NCBI RefSeq assembly: GCF_006345805.1
Contig: NC_043001.1
Span: 8,122,001 to 8,186,000, forward strand
Direction of reading: 5' to 3'
Source of the DNA: Octopus sinensis
Lineage: Eukaryota
Length of the DNA: 64,000 nucleotides
Each line of letters starts with the position of its first letter. Positions within the stretch are counted from its first letter, which is position 1. The notes under the pieces are model-generated. The model ran no database searches and had not been told where the DNA came from. It saw only the letters and a program-made list of their open reading frames with translations. The position numbers were made by a program, and so were the translations under genes. Below are positions 25,901-39,184 of the stretch, in pieces.

Positions 25901-26732
25901 TTTCATTCACCAATGTTGCCTTATAGTTAATATCTTTTGCAAATTATATGTACTTTTCATATCTATTCTGGTTTACAATGGATATATCGCGTTGTGTATC
26001 GTCTTGGCAGAGTTTTCTTTTCAATTTGCAGTCAAATACGTTTAGCGAACGGTTATATTTTGATTTTTCTCTTTTTCCCTTCAAAACTTCATTCTCTTAT
26101 TCCCTGATGCAAATAATCTTCTCCAGTGTATTCTGCTTCTAGCTTCCAATATATTATTCACTTATATAATTATATCGCTTCCTATGTTTAGTCTGTATTA
26201 TCATTTATCATTGTCTAGACACATACACACCGGCACATGTACATACAGAATCACACGCACACATACACATACATATAAGATTATATATACAGAACTGTTA
26301 TTTAAGACGTTTAATTAAATCTTATCTTATAAACTGACGTAGCGTCATGAGCTTCGTTGTATTCACAACTGTTCACTATTGCATTTATTAGTTTATTTTA
26401 GGTATTTTATGCCTCATATTTCAGCCGAAAATTTTGTTACGTTAAAATGAGTAGAGGAGGTGAAAATCTGTAAAGGCATATCTCAGGCCTCATCAAATTA
26501 CTGCTACTAATATTCTGAGAGTTTGCACGAGATTCTCACACTGACCTGCAATATGGATTTTATAATTGTGAGAGATGGTCTGTTATTTGTTTAGTCACTT
26601 TAGTTTTCGTCGCAACAATAACTTTTAGATGCTGTTTTCGAAATTTTCAAAACAGAGAATTAAATAGTGCGGTATTTTATTCACACACTTGGAGTGTTTA
26701 TAGACACTGTGTATTTCTTCTTTCGTCAATTA

Positions 26733-26933
26733 GAAGAGGCAGTAAATATCATTTCTCAAAACCTTACGTTTCAGAACGCTGAGATTGATGACGTTAACGT
26801 GAATCTTCCCATTAAATTATTCCAAGTCAATGACTATGTCAACGGCAATTTCAAAGACAAGTTTTCGGAAATGACACACTGGGGCAACATTAATGATGTG
26901 AAAAATCACTCGTCTGGAACGATTTTGAGTTGA
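26733..26933 (+). CDS. Candidate exon (E)EAVNIISQNLTFQNAEIDDVNVNLPIKLFQ...SGTILS*
   Basis: Acceptor ttcttctttcgtcaattAG; 66 open codons of non-repetitive composition; no homology recognised. Confidence 0.2.
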   Translation, partial: EEAVNIISQNLTFQNAEIDDVNVNLPIKLFQVNDYVNGNFKDKFSEMTHWGNINDVKNHSSGTILS

Positions 26934-27834
26934 GGCAGTGCATAGCCAGAGAGAATTGAAGATCATAACTTACTCAAACAGTTATGGAAGTGTGTCAGGA
27001 GAGTGTGGGACAAAGAGTCAGAAATTCATTGAGAGAATTGATCCCAGTCACTCTGGTGATTTTATATCTGGACTAGATATAGGGGCAGAGGGGCACCGTC
27101 GTCAGTTTGGGATTCGAATGTATTCCGTGCCTCACCTCATCTTCGAAATAAGCAAATACGTTTGAACTGAGTTTGAAGAGTCTGCACTGTTCGAACATCG
27201 GTTTTCGTTTTAAAGAAGCTGTAGGTAAGAATGTCTCTTCGCATGAGATATTGTATATGGTTGTATTTCCTGATACTTGTAGCTTCGCAACATTCTCGTT
27301 GCATGGAAAACCTGCTTCACGGAGATAAGTCATGATGCCTTTTGATATAATCCTTTCCGTGCCTGTATTATCATTTTCAATCTGAGTGGTATTAGGATGG
27401 TGCATTCAAGGTCTCTTTTCACAGAATCTGGAGTTTGTTTGTGAAGTGTCAAGTGTACATAAAAATGAGGTGTGTCAAGCGTGATATCACCTGAGAATGT
27501 GATGGATGTGTTGATAGTTAGTTTATTGGTGGTGTCTGATGGTGGAATCTAGAAGACTAAAACATAGTCCCAAAGACAAAATGTTTGTTAGAGTGGACGT
27601 TAGAGCATGTAGAATTTGCGCACTGTACGTGTTACTTTACGGCAGTAAGTATTAACTTTGGACAAGAAATTTGACATGATATTTTGATTTCAGATACCGA
27701 GTAGCTGCTGCAAGAGGGCTGTGAAAAAAGCAGAATAGATGCGCGTTACACCCTCTGTTATCTCACAAAACTATATATTAAAGTGGGAAAAGGGGAAGGT
27801 AATTCAAAATTGATAGAAATACTTTTATTTCCAT

Positions 27835-27965
27835 TATTTCCATTTGACGAATATTTGTCCTCATTTTGTTTGTTGTCAACATAACGTTTCCGCTGACATA
27901 CGTTCCAGCCTTCATCGGGTGTCTTAAGGACATTTCGTACCTGGGTTCTCATTCCTTTGCATTTT
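27835..27965 (-). mobile_element. Penelope-LTR-like repeat with a degenerate hammerhead (27878-27923)
   Basis: GACAC CCGAUGA A GGCUG GAACGUAUGU CAGCG GAA ACGU U AUGUU. Confidence 0.7.
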
Positions 27966-28127
27966 GGGATGCCTCAGATATGTGTAAAGGAAAAGCAGTT
28001 GATAGAAATATGCATCTTTTATGGTGTTTGAAAGGAGATTTGCGACTTCTGCAATCTCTGTCTGGCTTTGTAATATTTTCCTATGCATCAAATGTTGCAA
28101 CACAGCTAAAAGGAAATAATATGTGGG

Positions 28128-28886
28128 AAGTGTTTCAGCTTCCGTTCAATGTCAAATAAAAGAAACAAGATTCAAGAGATGATAAATGTCACTTACTTTT
28201 CAGGTAGAAAGAGGCTAGAAAGCAAGGGTTACTACGGACAGTGATCCGGGCTGTCACATACCTTTCAACGTAATTATCACAATTTATTTGTCACTTGTTA
28301 TATAGTCCTGGCTTGTTTTTTTTGTTTTTTATTACCTGTTCCCGATGTTATTTTCTCATATTCTTCGCCTACATCCATCTACTTCATCCTGTAGAGATAC
28401 AAAAGCATTTTCACAAATTTTGGGTTTCAGAATTTTAATATCTTGGTGAAAAAGGTGCAAGTTACTGAGTGCGAAATATACGAATGCCCCGAGACATTAT
28501 AGCAAGCGATATACTCTGGATTGTGATTGAAAATAAAATTTCAGGCAGGAGTATAGAATATAGAGTACTGATATGTGGAACTTAATATTACAGGTTGGAT
28601 CGGAATCTTCTGATCTTGAAAACACAACGAGGAATACACGGTAGATTCTTCAGTTCAAGATATTGCAATATGGTAAAGAGAAAAGAGATTCAAGCAGTCA
28701 CAGAAAATTTCTGTCCAGTGTCTCCTCCAAATTGTCCCCCGAGAATAAATTCTGCAAAGACAACTGAGATTAAAGTGTTTCAGCTTCCGTTCAATGTCAA
28801 ATAACAGAAACAAGATTCAAGAGATGATAAATGTCGCTTACTTTTCAGGTAGAAAGAAGGTAAAAAACAAGCGTTACTACGGACAG
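28128..28886 (+). repeat. 114-bp dispersed direct repeat (28128-28241 and 28773-28886)
   Basis: aagtgtttcagcttccgttcaatgtcaaata...ttactacggacag occurs twice, 645 bp apart, with few substitutions. Confidence 0.9.
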
Positions 28887-29095
28887 GGTTTCTTTTTTCA
28901 GTAAGATGACTGGATACGCATAATCAAAGCTTATGCAAGGGTACCATTAAAGCTGTTAATATTAGGTACATACAATAAGAATGACACTAAATTCCATGCA
29001 AACAAGACGTGTATCATTTCGTTGCTTTAAAGTAAACGGAAACTTATCATATATATATATCGTATATATATATATATATCATATCATATATATAT

Positions 29096-29131
<36 letters not shown>

Positions 29132-29148
29132 ATATATATATATATATA

Positions 29149-29737
29149 CAGATTTCTTTGTAATTGTAAGGCATATATATTCATTGCATATAAAAGTGGC
29201 GAGCTGGCAGAATCGTTAGCACGTCGGGCGAAATGCGTAGCCGTAATTCGTATGCTGTCCAGTGTTCTGGGTTCAAATTCCGCCGAGGTCGACTTTGCCT
29301 TTCATTCTTTCGGGGTCGATAATTAAGTACCAGTTACGCAGTGGGGTGGATGTAAATGACTTAAACCCTTTGACTGTCCTTGTTTGTCCCCTCTATGTTT
29401 AGCCCCTTGTGGGTAGTAAGAAATATATATATATATGATATATATATATATATATACAGATTTCTTTGTAATTGTAAGGCATATATATTCATTGCATATA
29501 AAAGGTGGCGAGCTGGCAGAATCGTTAGCACGTCGGGCGAAATGCGTAGCCGTAATTCGTATGCTGTCCAGTGTTCTGGGTTCAAATTCCGCCGAGGTCG
29601 ACTTTGCCTTTCATTCTTTCGGGGTCGATAAATTAAGTACCAGTTACGCAGTGGGGTGGATGTAAATGACTTAAACCCTTTGACTGTCCTTGTTTGTCCC
29701 CTCTATGTTTAGCCCCTTGTGGGTAGTAAAGAAATAT
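29149..29737 (+). repeat. Tandem ~308-bp duplication containing two SINE family A copies plus 5' flank
   Basis: The copies share diagnostic substitutions and differ, as far as I can see, only by homopolymer indels. Confidence 0.9.
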
Positions 29738-30009
29738 ATATATATTCATTGGAACAACTGATCCTTGACAGGGCCGTATAGTGGAGACTGCGTTAATGGG
29801 AGAGGAGCGAGAGGAACGTTGATAGACTGAATCTAAGGAAGAAAGCAAAGATGAAAGTTAAAGAGGCAGTGGCAGCGTTTGACAACAAAGGATGAAGTAT
29901 ATACAAATTGAGCAGATTTAAGTAGAGACACAATATTTCCTTAAAAAGCACCATCACATTGATCATCATCACCATCATCATCGTCGTCGTCGTCGTCATC
30001 GCCGTCGTC

Positions 30010-30041
<32 letters not shown>

Positions 30042-31084
30042 CATGTGTTTAGCTACTAGCTCTCCTTTCTCTCTCTATCCATTCGGAATGGCAGCAGCAT
30101 TGCCTTGTTTACTTCGTATTATTCCAATGAAAATACTTTAGAAATTTCTTTGCGTTTTCAGGGTTTCTTTATTGCGTTTGTAATCTTTACTGATTTGTTT
30201 TCGTTCCTACTCAATGTTTACGTGTTTAATGTGTTGTGGTGGGTTTCGTTCTATTGCGTACATTGGTTCCTTGTTGTAGATTAACTCGTATGTGGAGACG
30301 TTTGTTTTCTTTCAATTTTCCTGCACAATCTGGCAACGATTTTCTTCAAACTAATTTTATTTTTATCTTTTATTATAAATCTCCGTATATATGCAATTAT
30401 ATTCGCATTTATATTTCTTCACATTTATTGATTTTTAAGGCAACAAACATACAAGTATTTGATAGTGATCGTGTGTTTTAGCTCTGCTACAGTATTTTTT
30501 TTTTTTTAAATATGATTGTGGAACTCTGATGGAGTGTTCATTAATTCAACCTGCACTTGTAATTTTCTCTTTAATGTGGAAGCACGCAACACAATCTGTA
30601 GCTTTGCGTTTGGAGATTATATTTTAGCATTTCGCCGCATTTCAATCATGATTTAAGTTACGCTCCAACTAAATCTACTTTAATTCCACATTGCATTTCT
30701 TTCTTTATCGGTATAAATTACTGTGCTTTAATTTATGTTTGCACTTATTAGTTTATACAGAGGTATTTTGAAGAAAGTAATTTCGCCTGAAATCTAATTT
30801 CATTTTATCATAGTTTTGTGAGTAAGCTACATGTTATGTAATATTCCTACTGCAAAGAAACTAACTCAAATACAGGCCACATAATTTTAAATACAATACC
30901 ATACGCATGACTCAACATAATTATCAGCTTTATGTACAACAATCTTTCATATAATATTGTCTTCATTTAATAATATTCTTTCAGAGTTGCTAATATTGGA
31001 GATCTTTCAGATTTTAAGAAAATGCATATTCTCTCATCGAAATTATAGCCGCACTCTTCCTACTCCTATTTATACCCCACCTCT

Positions 31085-32475
31085 TCCTCCTCCTTCTCAT
31101 CCTTCTTTCTTTCTGCTGCTTCTTTTTCTTCTTCTTTCTTCTTCTTCTTCTTCTTCTTCTCTTCTTCTTCTCTTCTTCTTTTCTTCTTCTTCTTTCTTCT
31201 TCTTTTCTTCTTCTTATCTTCTTCTTCTTCTTCTTTTTCTTTTCTTCTTCTCTCCTTCTTCGTCTTCTTATTCTTCATTATAGTCGTCGTTGTTGTTGTT
31301 GATTTTTACTTTTAATCTGTATGTCTGTTACAGTCATTTTCCGAGATACACCAAGTGTCTTCTTTTCTTCTTCTTCTTCTTCTTCTTCTCTTCTTCTTCT
31401 TCTTCTTCTTCTTCTTATTCTCCACATTCTTTTTCTTTTTTTTTCTTCTTCTTCTTCTTCTTCTCCACATTCTTCTTTTCTTCTTCTTCTTCTTCTTCTT
31501 CTTCTTCTTCTTCTTCTTCTTCTTCTTCTTCTTCTCCACATTCTCTTTCTTTTCTTCTTCTTCTTCTTCTCCACATTCTTCTTTTCTTCTTCTTCTTCTT
31601 CTTCTTCTCCACATTCTTTTTCTTTTCTTCTTCTTCTTATTCTTCTTCTTCTTCTTCTCCACATTCTTCTATTCTTCTTCTTCTTCTTCTTCTTATTCTT
31701 CTTCTTCTTATTCTCCACATTCTTTTTTCTTTTTTTCTTCATCTTCTTCTTCTTCTCCACATTCTTCTTTTCTTCTTCTTCTTCTTCTTCTCCACATTCT
31801 TCTTTTCTTCTTCTTATTCTTCTTATTCTTATTCTTCTTATTTCCACATTCTTTTTCTTTTTTGTTCTTCTTCTCTTCTTCTTCTCCACATTCTTCTTCT
31901 TCTTTTCTTCTTCTTCTTCTTCTCCACATTCTTTTTCTTTTTTCTCTCTTCTTCTTCTTCTTCTTTTCTCCACATTCTTCTTTCTTCTTCTTCTTATTCT
32001 TCTCTTCTTCTTCTTCTCCACATTATTCCTATTCTTCTTCTTATTCTTCTTCTTATTCTTCTTCTTATTCTTATCCACATTCTTCTTCTTCTTTTTTTTT
32101 TTTTTTTTCTTATTCTTCTTCTCTCCACATTCTTCTTTTCTTCTTCTTCTTCTTCTTCTCCACATTCTTCTTTCTTCTTCTTATTCTTCTTATTCTTATT
32201 TTCTTATTTCACATTCTTTTTCTTTTTTTGTTCTTCTTTTCTTCTTCTCCACATTTTCTTCTTTTCTTCTTCTTCTTCTTCTTCTCCACATTCTTTTTTC
32301 TTCTTTTCTTCTTCTCTTCTCTTCTTCTTCTTCTTCTCCACATTCTTCTTCTTCTTCTTCTTCTTCTTCTTCTTCTTCTTCTCCACATTCTTCTTCTTTT
32401 CTTCTTCTTCTTCTTCTCCACATTCTTCTTCTTCTTCTTCTTCTTCTTCTTCTTCTTCTTCTTCTTTTTCTTCCC
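31085..32475. repeat. Composite (TTC)n satellite with about 22 interspersed CTCCACATTC markers
   Basis: About 1.4 kb strongly pyrimidine-biased tract; marker recurs every ~35-70 bp from 31420 to 32425. Confidence 0.95.
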
Positions 32476-33389
32476 AATATTTGATACATATTTTACTTTA
32501 TCTTTCGTCTTGTAAATTGGGGGTCAAATTTGACATTTCAAATCACCGCTTCACTATCGACTAACGTAATCCCATTAAAATCCATAACAATGCAGGTTAA
32601 ACACAATGAATTATCAAAAAGGGTTTGGATAAACTTTTGAGGGAGAGGTACAAAATGTCGGGTTATGTTTTTCCAGCAACGTACATATTCATTTCCACCA
32701 GAATCAATTCTGCAGTTCTTCAATTTTGTATTTATGCGATAAAACAACACTGTATCAGTGGTGATCGGTATCTTGAACACGTTCTCTCGAATATATATTT
32801 GTTGTGTATCTATGAGAGACAAAGGAATCGGTAGAAATTATTAACTATCGGTCAAATTGGAATGCGATATTGCTCACGGGTTTTAAAGTTCTGTTTCAAG
32901 ATAATTACGGTTCCACCATTTTCCTCCATTCATCTGTTATCGCTAAACATACAAGGAGCCAGGAACAGGACATAATGGAATAGAGTGACCCTTCTTCCGC
33001 AGTTTCGTTTGTTGTACCTTAAAACGAAGTTTAATGGTTTTATTTCTGCTGCTGTTATTAGAGTGACCAGCAGACACACTCGTTTGTACGCCGGAGAAAA
33101 AAATGTCAAGTAGCATCTTCCCAACCCGGCCGGAGCCGACTTTGATTTTATCGCTCGCTGCGATGTACACGGATATTTTCTTGGTAGCTAGAGTAAACAG
33201 TCATTCATGTGAACCTTCTTAGCATTCCGTGCTCTGTCAAGTTAATATTATATCATTACATCACTTCTACATATACTGATACTTGTTCAGCTACTATTAA
33301 AACTAGAACCACTGAAGAACGTCTTGTGTGAAGTGGGATGGGGGGTCATATGTGTCACCATACATTGATGATATCACCTTTATAGCATC

Positions 33390-33412
33390 TGACGTCATTC
33401 ACAACGGATTGG
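33390..33412. promoter_or_regulatory. CRE palindrome (TGACGTCA) next to an inverted CCAAT box, beside CpG-rich patches
   Basis: TGACGTCA at 33390-33397, ATTGG at 33408-33412; unique CpG-rich sequence at 33060-33180 and 33400-33540. Confidence 0.2.
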
Positions 33413-35494
33413 TAGGCACCGATGTAAGGTATTACGGGAGAGAAACAGGGACACAAATCGAGTAAGAAATGTTACACGACACCACGAGGGGCAGGTCAAT
33501 CCCGTCCAAATGCCATAGAGCGCTTGACGGAGAGGTTGGTTAATTTTTTAGGGATCAGTTTTGTTTCACATCTCCAGTGGTGAATATCTATATATTTTCT
33601 TTATTTCTGTCGGGAATAAAATGTCGAATGGAATAAGTTATTGTATTAATCGTTGTTATTTGTTTATTTCAACCTCGGATCAACGCTTATTGATTGCACT
33701 TTTAACAAAAGTTATCATTGAAAATGGAACCCCGCCCGTTTGGACGCATCGAAGTCTAAATTATTCAATTTGTTCATTGTTTTTTCTAACAGTAGGGATT
33801 TAAAAATCGTGTGGTGGTTTGCTAAACCTATTCTTACTGATGAATGAACTTTCAAATCATCGGCAATGAAAGTCTGAAAATATATTTCAGTTCATTTAAA
33901 AAATAAAAACATTTTTGTCTTTTTTTTTTGCATGTTAAATTTCCTATTAAACATCTTCATTGTCCACTCAATAGTGAATTCGTGTTTGCATTATAACCTC
34001 TCCAGCAGGAATTCTTTAATTTTGTGATACGTTTCTAATGACACATCACCTAATTAAACATTATCACTTTTTACATAACCGCGGCAATTATATATATTGT
34101 ATCTTTCTTATTGTTTATTGCAATCTAAACATTGACATATTCTATACCTGAAAGTAATAATCTATTCATTTGACATTTTATTAGAATTTAACTTTTGAAC
34201 GGAACACACTGTATTTGTGGATATTGTTATGATACACTAAAATAAACGCCTTAGAGTTTATTGTTCTATTGACAAAGATTACGATTTCCAAAGAATATGG
34301 AAGCTTCAACCTTGACATCATATATGATGGGAATATATAATCATCGCTATATACCTTCCACATTACACAGCTTCACAATAAATACCAGTCCTTTCTTTTA
34401 GGGTTGTAATTGGTTTCTGTCTTTCTTCCATTGAATTATTCCATAGAACATCGTTGAAGAGACGGAAAATAAAGGTTTAAAATATTTTCTGTTATTTGTT
34501 TACTTTTGGTGTTGTTATTATCCGTTTTTTATAATTTTTACATCGTTTCGTATTGTGTTTTACAAACACATTGGTTTTCATATATTAGCATCACCTTGAT
34601 GACCTGTTTTCATTATATTCCTACTTAGAAGGTCCTTATCTTTGTTAAATACGATTGTTATTCCTTGAGTATATAACGTATAAGCTTGTGTAATGACGTG
34701 TCATATTTAAACCCTCGTTGTTTAGTTTCTTTTAACGAATTCGGCCACTGACGTGTTGTAACTCTTTCTTTTAAATGCATTTTGTTATCCTTGCACTAAA
34801 CGTATGTATCACGAAAATGTTTAAGCAGTTTCAGGTAAGTAAACATGTTGTCAAATATTTATTCTTTGTCGTTGGTGTCTCAATAAACAACTTTATTTCT
34901 ACACCGATAAATACACATCCGTTTGTTGATATTTCAACAAGTTGCAGCGAATTTACACTTCCGTTAAGTAATTTAAAAAAGAAAAAAAACATGACTGGAG
35001 TAGATTCAAATAGCTGCAGGAATAAAAGAAAATATCTGAATAACACTCAATCATTTTTTATATATTTTCTGCTATCAACACACTTTCTAAACGATTTATT
35101 CGTTACTACTTCCGAAAGTTACCTCAATGGTACACATCCGCCAAAGATCAAGTTTACTGAAATATGTCCGTAGATAACGCCAGTATTGACTTCACGTAGT
35201 AAAAAGAAAATTCAATGGTATACGTTTCTTTAGAACATTAATACATTTTTATATTTGAATTATTTTTATAGTCTGTACGTTAGATACCTGAATATATACT
35301 TCATAAATACACATAGACACACACATACACACACAGATAGCTATCTAACAATCTACATTTATATATATATATATATATGCCATATGTAGCGTGATAAGTA
35401 TTATGTAGTGTCGATATTCTCTGTGTTTCCTAAGCTAACATTTGATAACAAAATAATAACCCTTCTTTTAATAAATACTACAGATTTCCATGTT

Positions 35495-35700
35495 ACTTTT
35501 CGTTATTCATACTGGATTCAAATTTTGGCACAAAGCCAGAAACTTCAGGGGAGTGTTGAAGCCGATTACATCAACCGCAGTACTCGACTATTACTTTTGT
35601 TATCGACCTCTAAATCATGAAAATCAAAGTCGACCTCGACGCTCAATCTAAACTTATATCACAAAGACGGACGAAATTCCCGCCAAGCCTTTCCTTAGTT
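35495..35700 (-). mobile_element. Degenerate SINE family A (alternative tail)
   Basis: gccgattacatcaaccgcagtactcgac...aaagtcgacctcgac...gacggacgaaattcccgccaagc. Confidence 0.6.
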
Positions 35701-35868
35701 TATTAATAATGATAATTTGAAATTGTCTCTTCAATACATCAACGACTAAGCGTACACATGTCTTGGGAATCGATCTGTAGTCCATGTTACGTTATATAAC
35801 ACGATAATTTCACAGTTAATAATTTTAATAATAGTGTGTCTATTCAAAATTTCCATACTTAGAATAGA

Positions 35869-36253
35869 GGAGGCGCAATGACCCAGTGGTTAGGGCAGCG
35901 GACTCGCGGTCGTAGGATCGCGGTTTCGATTCCCAGACCGGGCGTTGTGAGTGTTTATTGAGCGAAAACACCTAAACCTCCACGAGGCTCCGGCAGGGGG
36001 TGGTGGCGAACCCTGCTGTACTCTTTCACCACAACTTTCTCTCATTCTTACTTCCTGTTTCTGTTGTACCTGTATTTCAAAGGGCCGACCTTGTCACTCT
36101 CTGTGTCACGCTGAATATCCCCGAGAACTGCGTTAAGGGTTCACGTGTCTGTGGAGTGCTCAGCCACTTACACGTTAATTTCACGAGCAGGCTGTTCCGT
36201 TGATCGGATCAACCGGAACCCTCGTCGTCGTAACCGACGGAGTGCTTCCAACA
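35869..36253 (+). mobile_element. Full-length tRNA-derived SINE family B with a 9-bp TSD
   Basis: A box GACCCAGTGGTTAG, B box GGTTTCGATTCCC; TSD TAGAATAGA at 35860-35868 and 36254-36262. Confidence 0.9.
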
Positions 36254-36502
36254 TAGAATAGAACAATATTACATTTTTTTTATTGCTGATCATTCTATGG
36301 AATGGTATTTACTCTGTATTCAGAATCGTAGTTTTTAATGGAATACACATATCAAATACTTGAATATATTCAGATATATATTGAAAGATTAGTTCCTTGC
36401 TTATTTCATCATCGGAAGTTTGCCGCCGTCTTTCAATTATTGTTTGTTTTACGCTTTGGTATGAAACGAGTCAAAGATGTCAGTTAATTTTTCTAGAAGT
36501 GC

Positions 36503-37265
36503 AGGCGGCGAGCTGGCAGAATTGTTAGCACGCCGGGAGAAATGCTTAGCGGTATTTCGTCTGTAGCTACATTCTAAGTTCAAATTCCGCCGAGGTCGAC
36601 ATTGTCTTTCATCCTTTCGGGTTCGATTAAATAAGTTTCCAATTACGCACTGGGGTCGATATAATTGGCTTAATCCGCTTGTCTGTCCTTGTTTGTCCCC
36701 ACTGTGTTTAGCTCCTTGTGGGTAGTAAAGAAATAGGTATTTCGTTTGCCGTTACGTTCTGAGTTCAAATTCAGTCGACTTTGCCTTTCAGCCTTTTGGG
36801 TTCGATTGAATAAGTACCAGTTATGCACTAGGGTCGATAGAATCGACTTAATCCGTTTGTCTGTCCTTGTTTTTCCTCTCTGTGTTTAGCCTCTTGTGGG
36901 TAGTAAAGAAATAAGTATTTCGTCTGGGTTCAATTTCCGCCGAAATCGACTTTGCCTTTCAACCTTCGGGGTCGATAAATTAGCCAGTTGCGTACTGGAG
37001 TCGATCTAATCGACTGGCCTCCTCCCACTAAATTTCAAGCCTTGTGCATGGAGTAGAAAAGAATATTACGTAATGTGTTATAGTTTGCAGAAATGTTACA
37101 ATGCTTGACAAAATGCTTGCCGGCTTTTTGTTCATTTTTACGTTGCAAGTTTAAATTCCACCGAGGTTTATCTTGCCTACCATCCTTTCGGGGAGAATAA
37201 ATTAAGTAACAGTTGCGTGCTGGCTCCCTCCCCAAATATTTTGCGCCTTGTGTCTAGAGTAGAAA
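36503..37265 (+). mobile_element. SINE family A array: head plus three tandem body units (36553, 36738, 36916) with alternative tail, followed by a further degenerate copy
   Basis: Same architecture as 3243-3820. Confidence 0.85.
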
Positions 37266-37818
37266 ATTTTTTCTAAAAGTGCAAACTTACCATATCTGTA
37301 TTAGATTATTTAAGTGCATGAGACAAATGCCACGTATTGGAACCATGTTGTTTAAAATAGCGTCTCAAATATCAGTTTGATTTTGAGGATTATGGTATAT
37401 ATCTATCGAGTTCGGTTTTCGTCTGTCTTTACGTTGTGTGTCTTATTTCCGCCGAGGTTCCTTTTGGGGGTCGATGTAAAAAGTACTTGTTAAATACTAG
37501 GTTAAAAAAATAAATACTAACCAAGTACTGAGGCGATGATATTGACAAGTTCCCTCTCCGACAATTTCAGAACTGGCGCCTGTAATTAGGAAGGCTAGTA
37601 TTATAGTTGTAGGTGTTGATGGTTGTGTTGGTGTTCTTCATGTTGTTGTAGTTTTTGTTTGTCTTGTTGTTATTGTTGTGGTTGTTATTGATGTAGTTTT
37701 TGTTCTTATGGTTGTTGTTGTTGTACTTCTTCTTAGAATATTATTGAAATCATTATTATTAATTTTTCCCTGAAGTCTATAATATTAAAAAATTCTCCAC
37801 CCGATTTCCCCTCTGTAG

Positions 37819-37886
37819 ACGAAGAAATTGCACAATTGATAGAACGAGCTGTCAAATATCTGTTAAGGCACTTCCTACCATCGTAA
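37819..37886 (+). CDS. Candidate short exon (D)EEIAQLIERAVKYLLRHFLPS
   Basis: Acceptor gatttcccctctgtAG at 37818; open phase-1 frame with an amphipathic-helix pattern; ends at a possible donor TC|GTAAAT or at TAA. Confidence 0.2.
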
Positions 37887-38330
37887 ATGGCAACAGACAC
37901 ATTTAATAACACTGTCCTAGATACGCCTCACAAGGCGGGATAGTGATTTTTTTCTGTTTTTTATGAATGGCATGTATTATAAGACGATCGAACAACGTTT
38001 AGCCGGGGGTGCAAAAAAAAAATTGATTAATCGATTTAACAATTCTGATAGACGTTCCATAGCTGAGAGAAATAAATGAAATATAGAGAGTCTCTGTGAT
38101 AATCAGATGAGGGTAGAGACTATGTACAATAGCAGCAGAAATCGTTCATGGTAACTGCAGTGTAATTGCACGTATATCTACATTGTGCATTATTTAACAA
38201 ATAAAATCTTGTTAACTTACTCAAGTATATATAGAATACCCATTATGTATACATGTTTGTGTTCGTGCGACTGTGTGTGTGGGTGTTCGTTCGTTAGTGT
38301 GTGCATGTATCCCGAGCAATCTATATATCA

Positions 38331-38646
38331 TGGCACTCCGTCGGTTACGACGACGAGGGCTGCAGTTGAGCCGATCAACGGAACAGCCTGCTCGTGAAAT
38401 TAAAGTGCAGCTTCATGTGCATCCCATACGCACGCTTATCCTTAAGGTTGTTCCCGGGGAGAGTCAGCGGGACACAGTGTGTGACAAGGATGGTGCATTG
38501 TAATACAGGTACAACAGAAACAGGAAGAAAGAGTAAGAGAAAGTTGTGATGAAAGAGTATAGCAGGGGCCGACACCACCCCCTGCCGGAGCCTCGGGGAG
38601 CTTTAGGTGCTTTCACTCAGTAAACACTCACAACCCAGCGCAGACT
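38331..38646 (-). mobile_element. 5'-truncated SINE family B
   Basis: Reverse-complement homology to 35940-36250. Confidence 0.85.
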
Positions 38647-39184
38647 TTTATTCACAGTTGTTACATATATCTAATATGATAAATCCGAAAACTAATATCT
38701 GTGTGTCAGTGTGTCACACTTCGGCCCCCTCCCACACTATTCAATGACACTTCCTCGTGCTGGGGTGAGAGTAATACTAGGCATAGAAACGTTGAGGACA
38801 ATGGTGAGAGAGAGAAAAAAATAAAGAAAGGAGAAGAGAGAGAAATAAATGAGAGGAAGAGTTGATAAAAGAAATAGCGTTGATGGTGGCAGTGGGAGTA
38901 ATAATAAGTGAGAGAGAGAATGGGTAATGCAAGAGAAAGAGAGAATCGATGTACAACTATCCTGGACAGAAAATCGCGTGGCCAAATTATTGAAACAACT
39001 ACTGAACACTATCATTTTTGTTTTATTCTTTATATTTTCATTAATACATACATTTATATCTGTGTGTGTGTATATATACACATATATATATCTATAAATA
39101 TACATACACGTACACACTTATATATATATATATATATATGCATATATATATATATATATGCATATATTCTATTTATTACACTAT

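Noticed and set aside
31278-32564. Long ORFs of 295-424 aa (poly K/E/R or S/F/L)
   Set aside because: They are translations of the (TTC)n satellite, open in several frames because TTC repeats lack stops.
33829-33895. Hammerhead-like CTGATGA...GAAAGTC
   Set aside because: Stem II is out of register by 7 nt, stem III is a single pair and there is no repeat context; likely chance.
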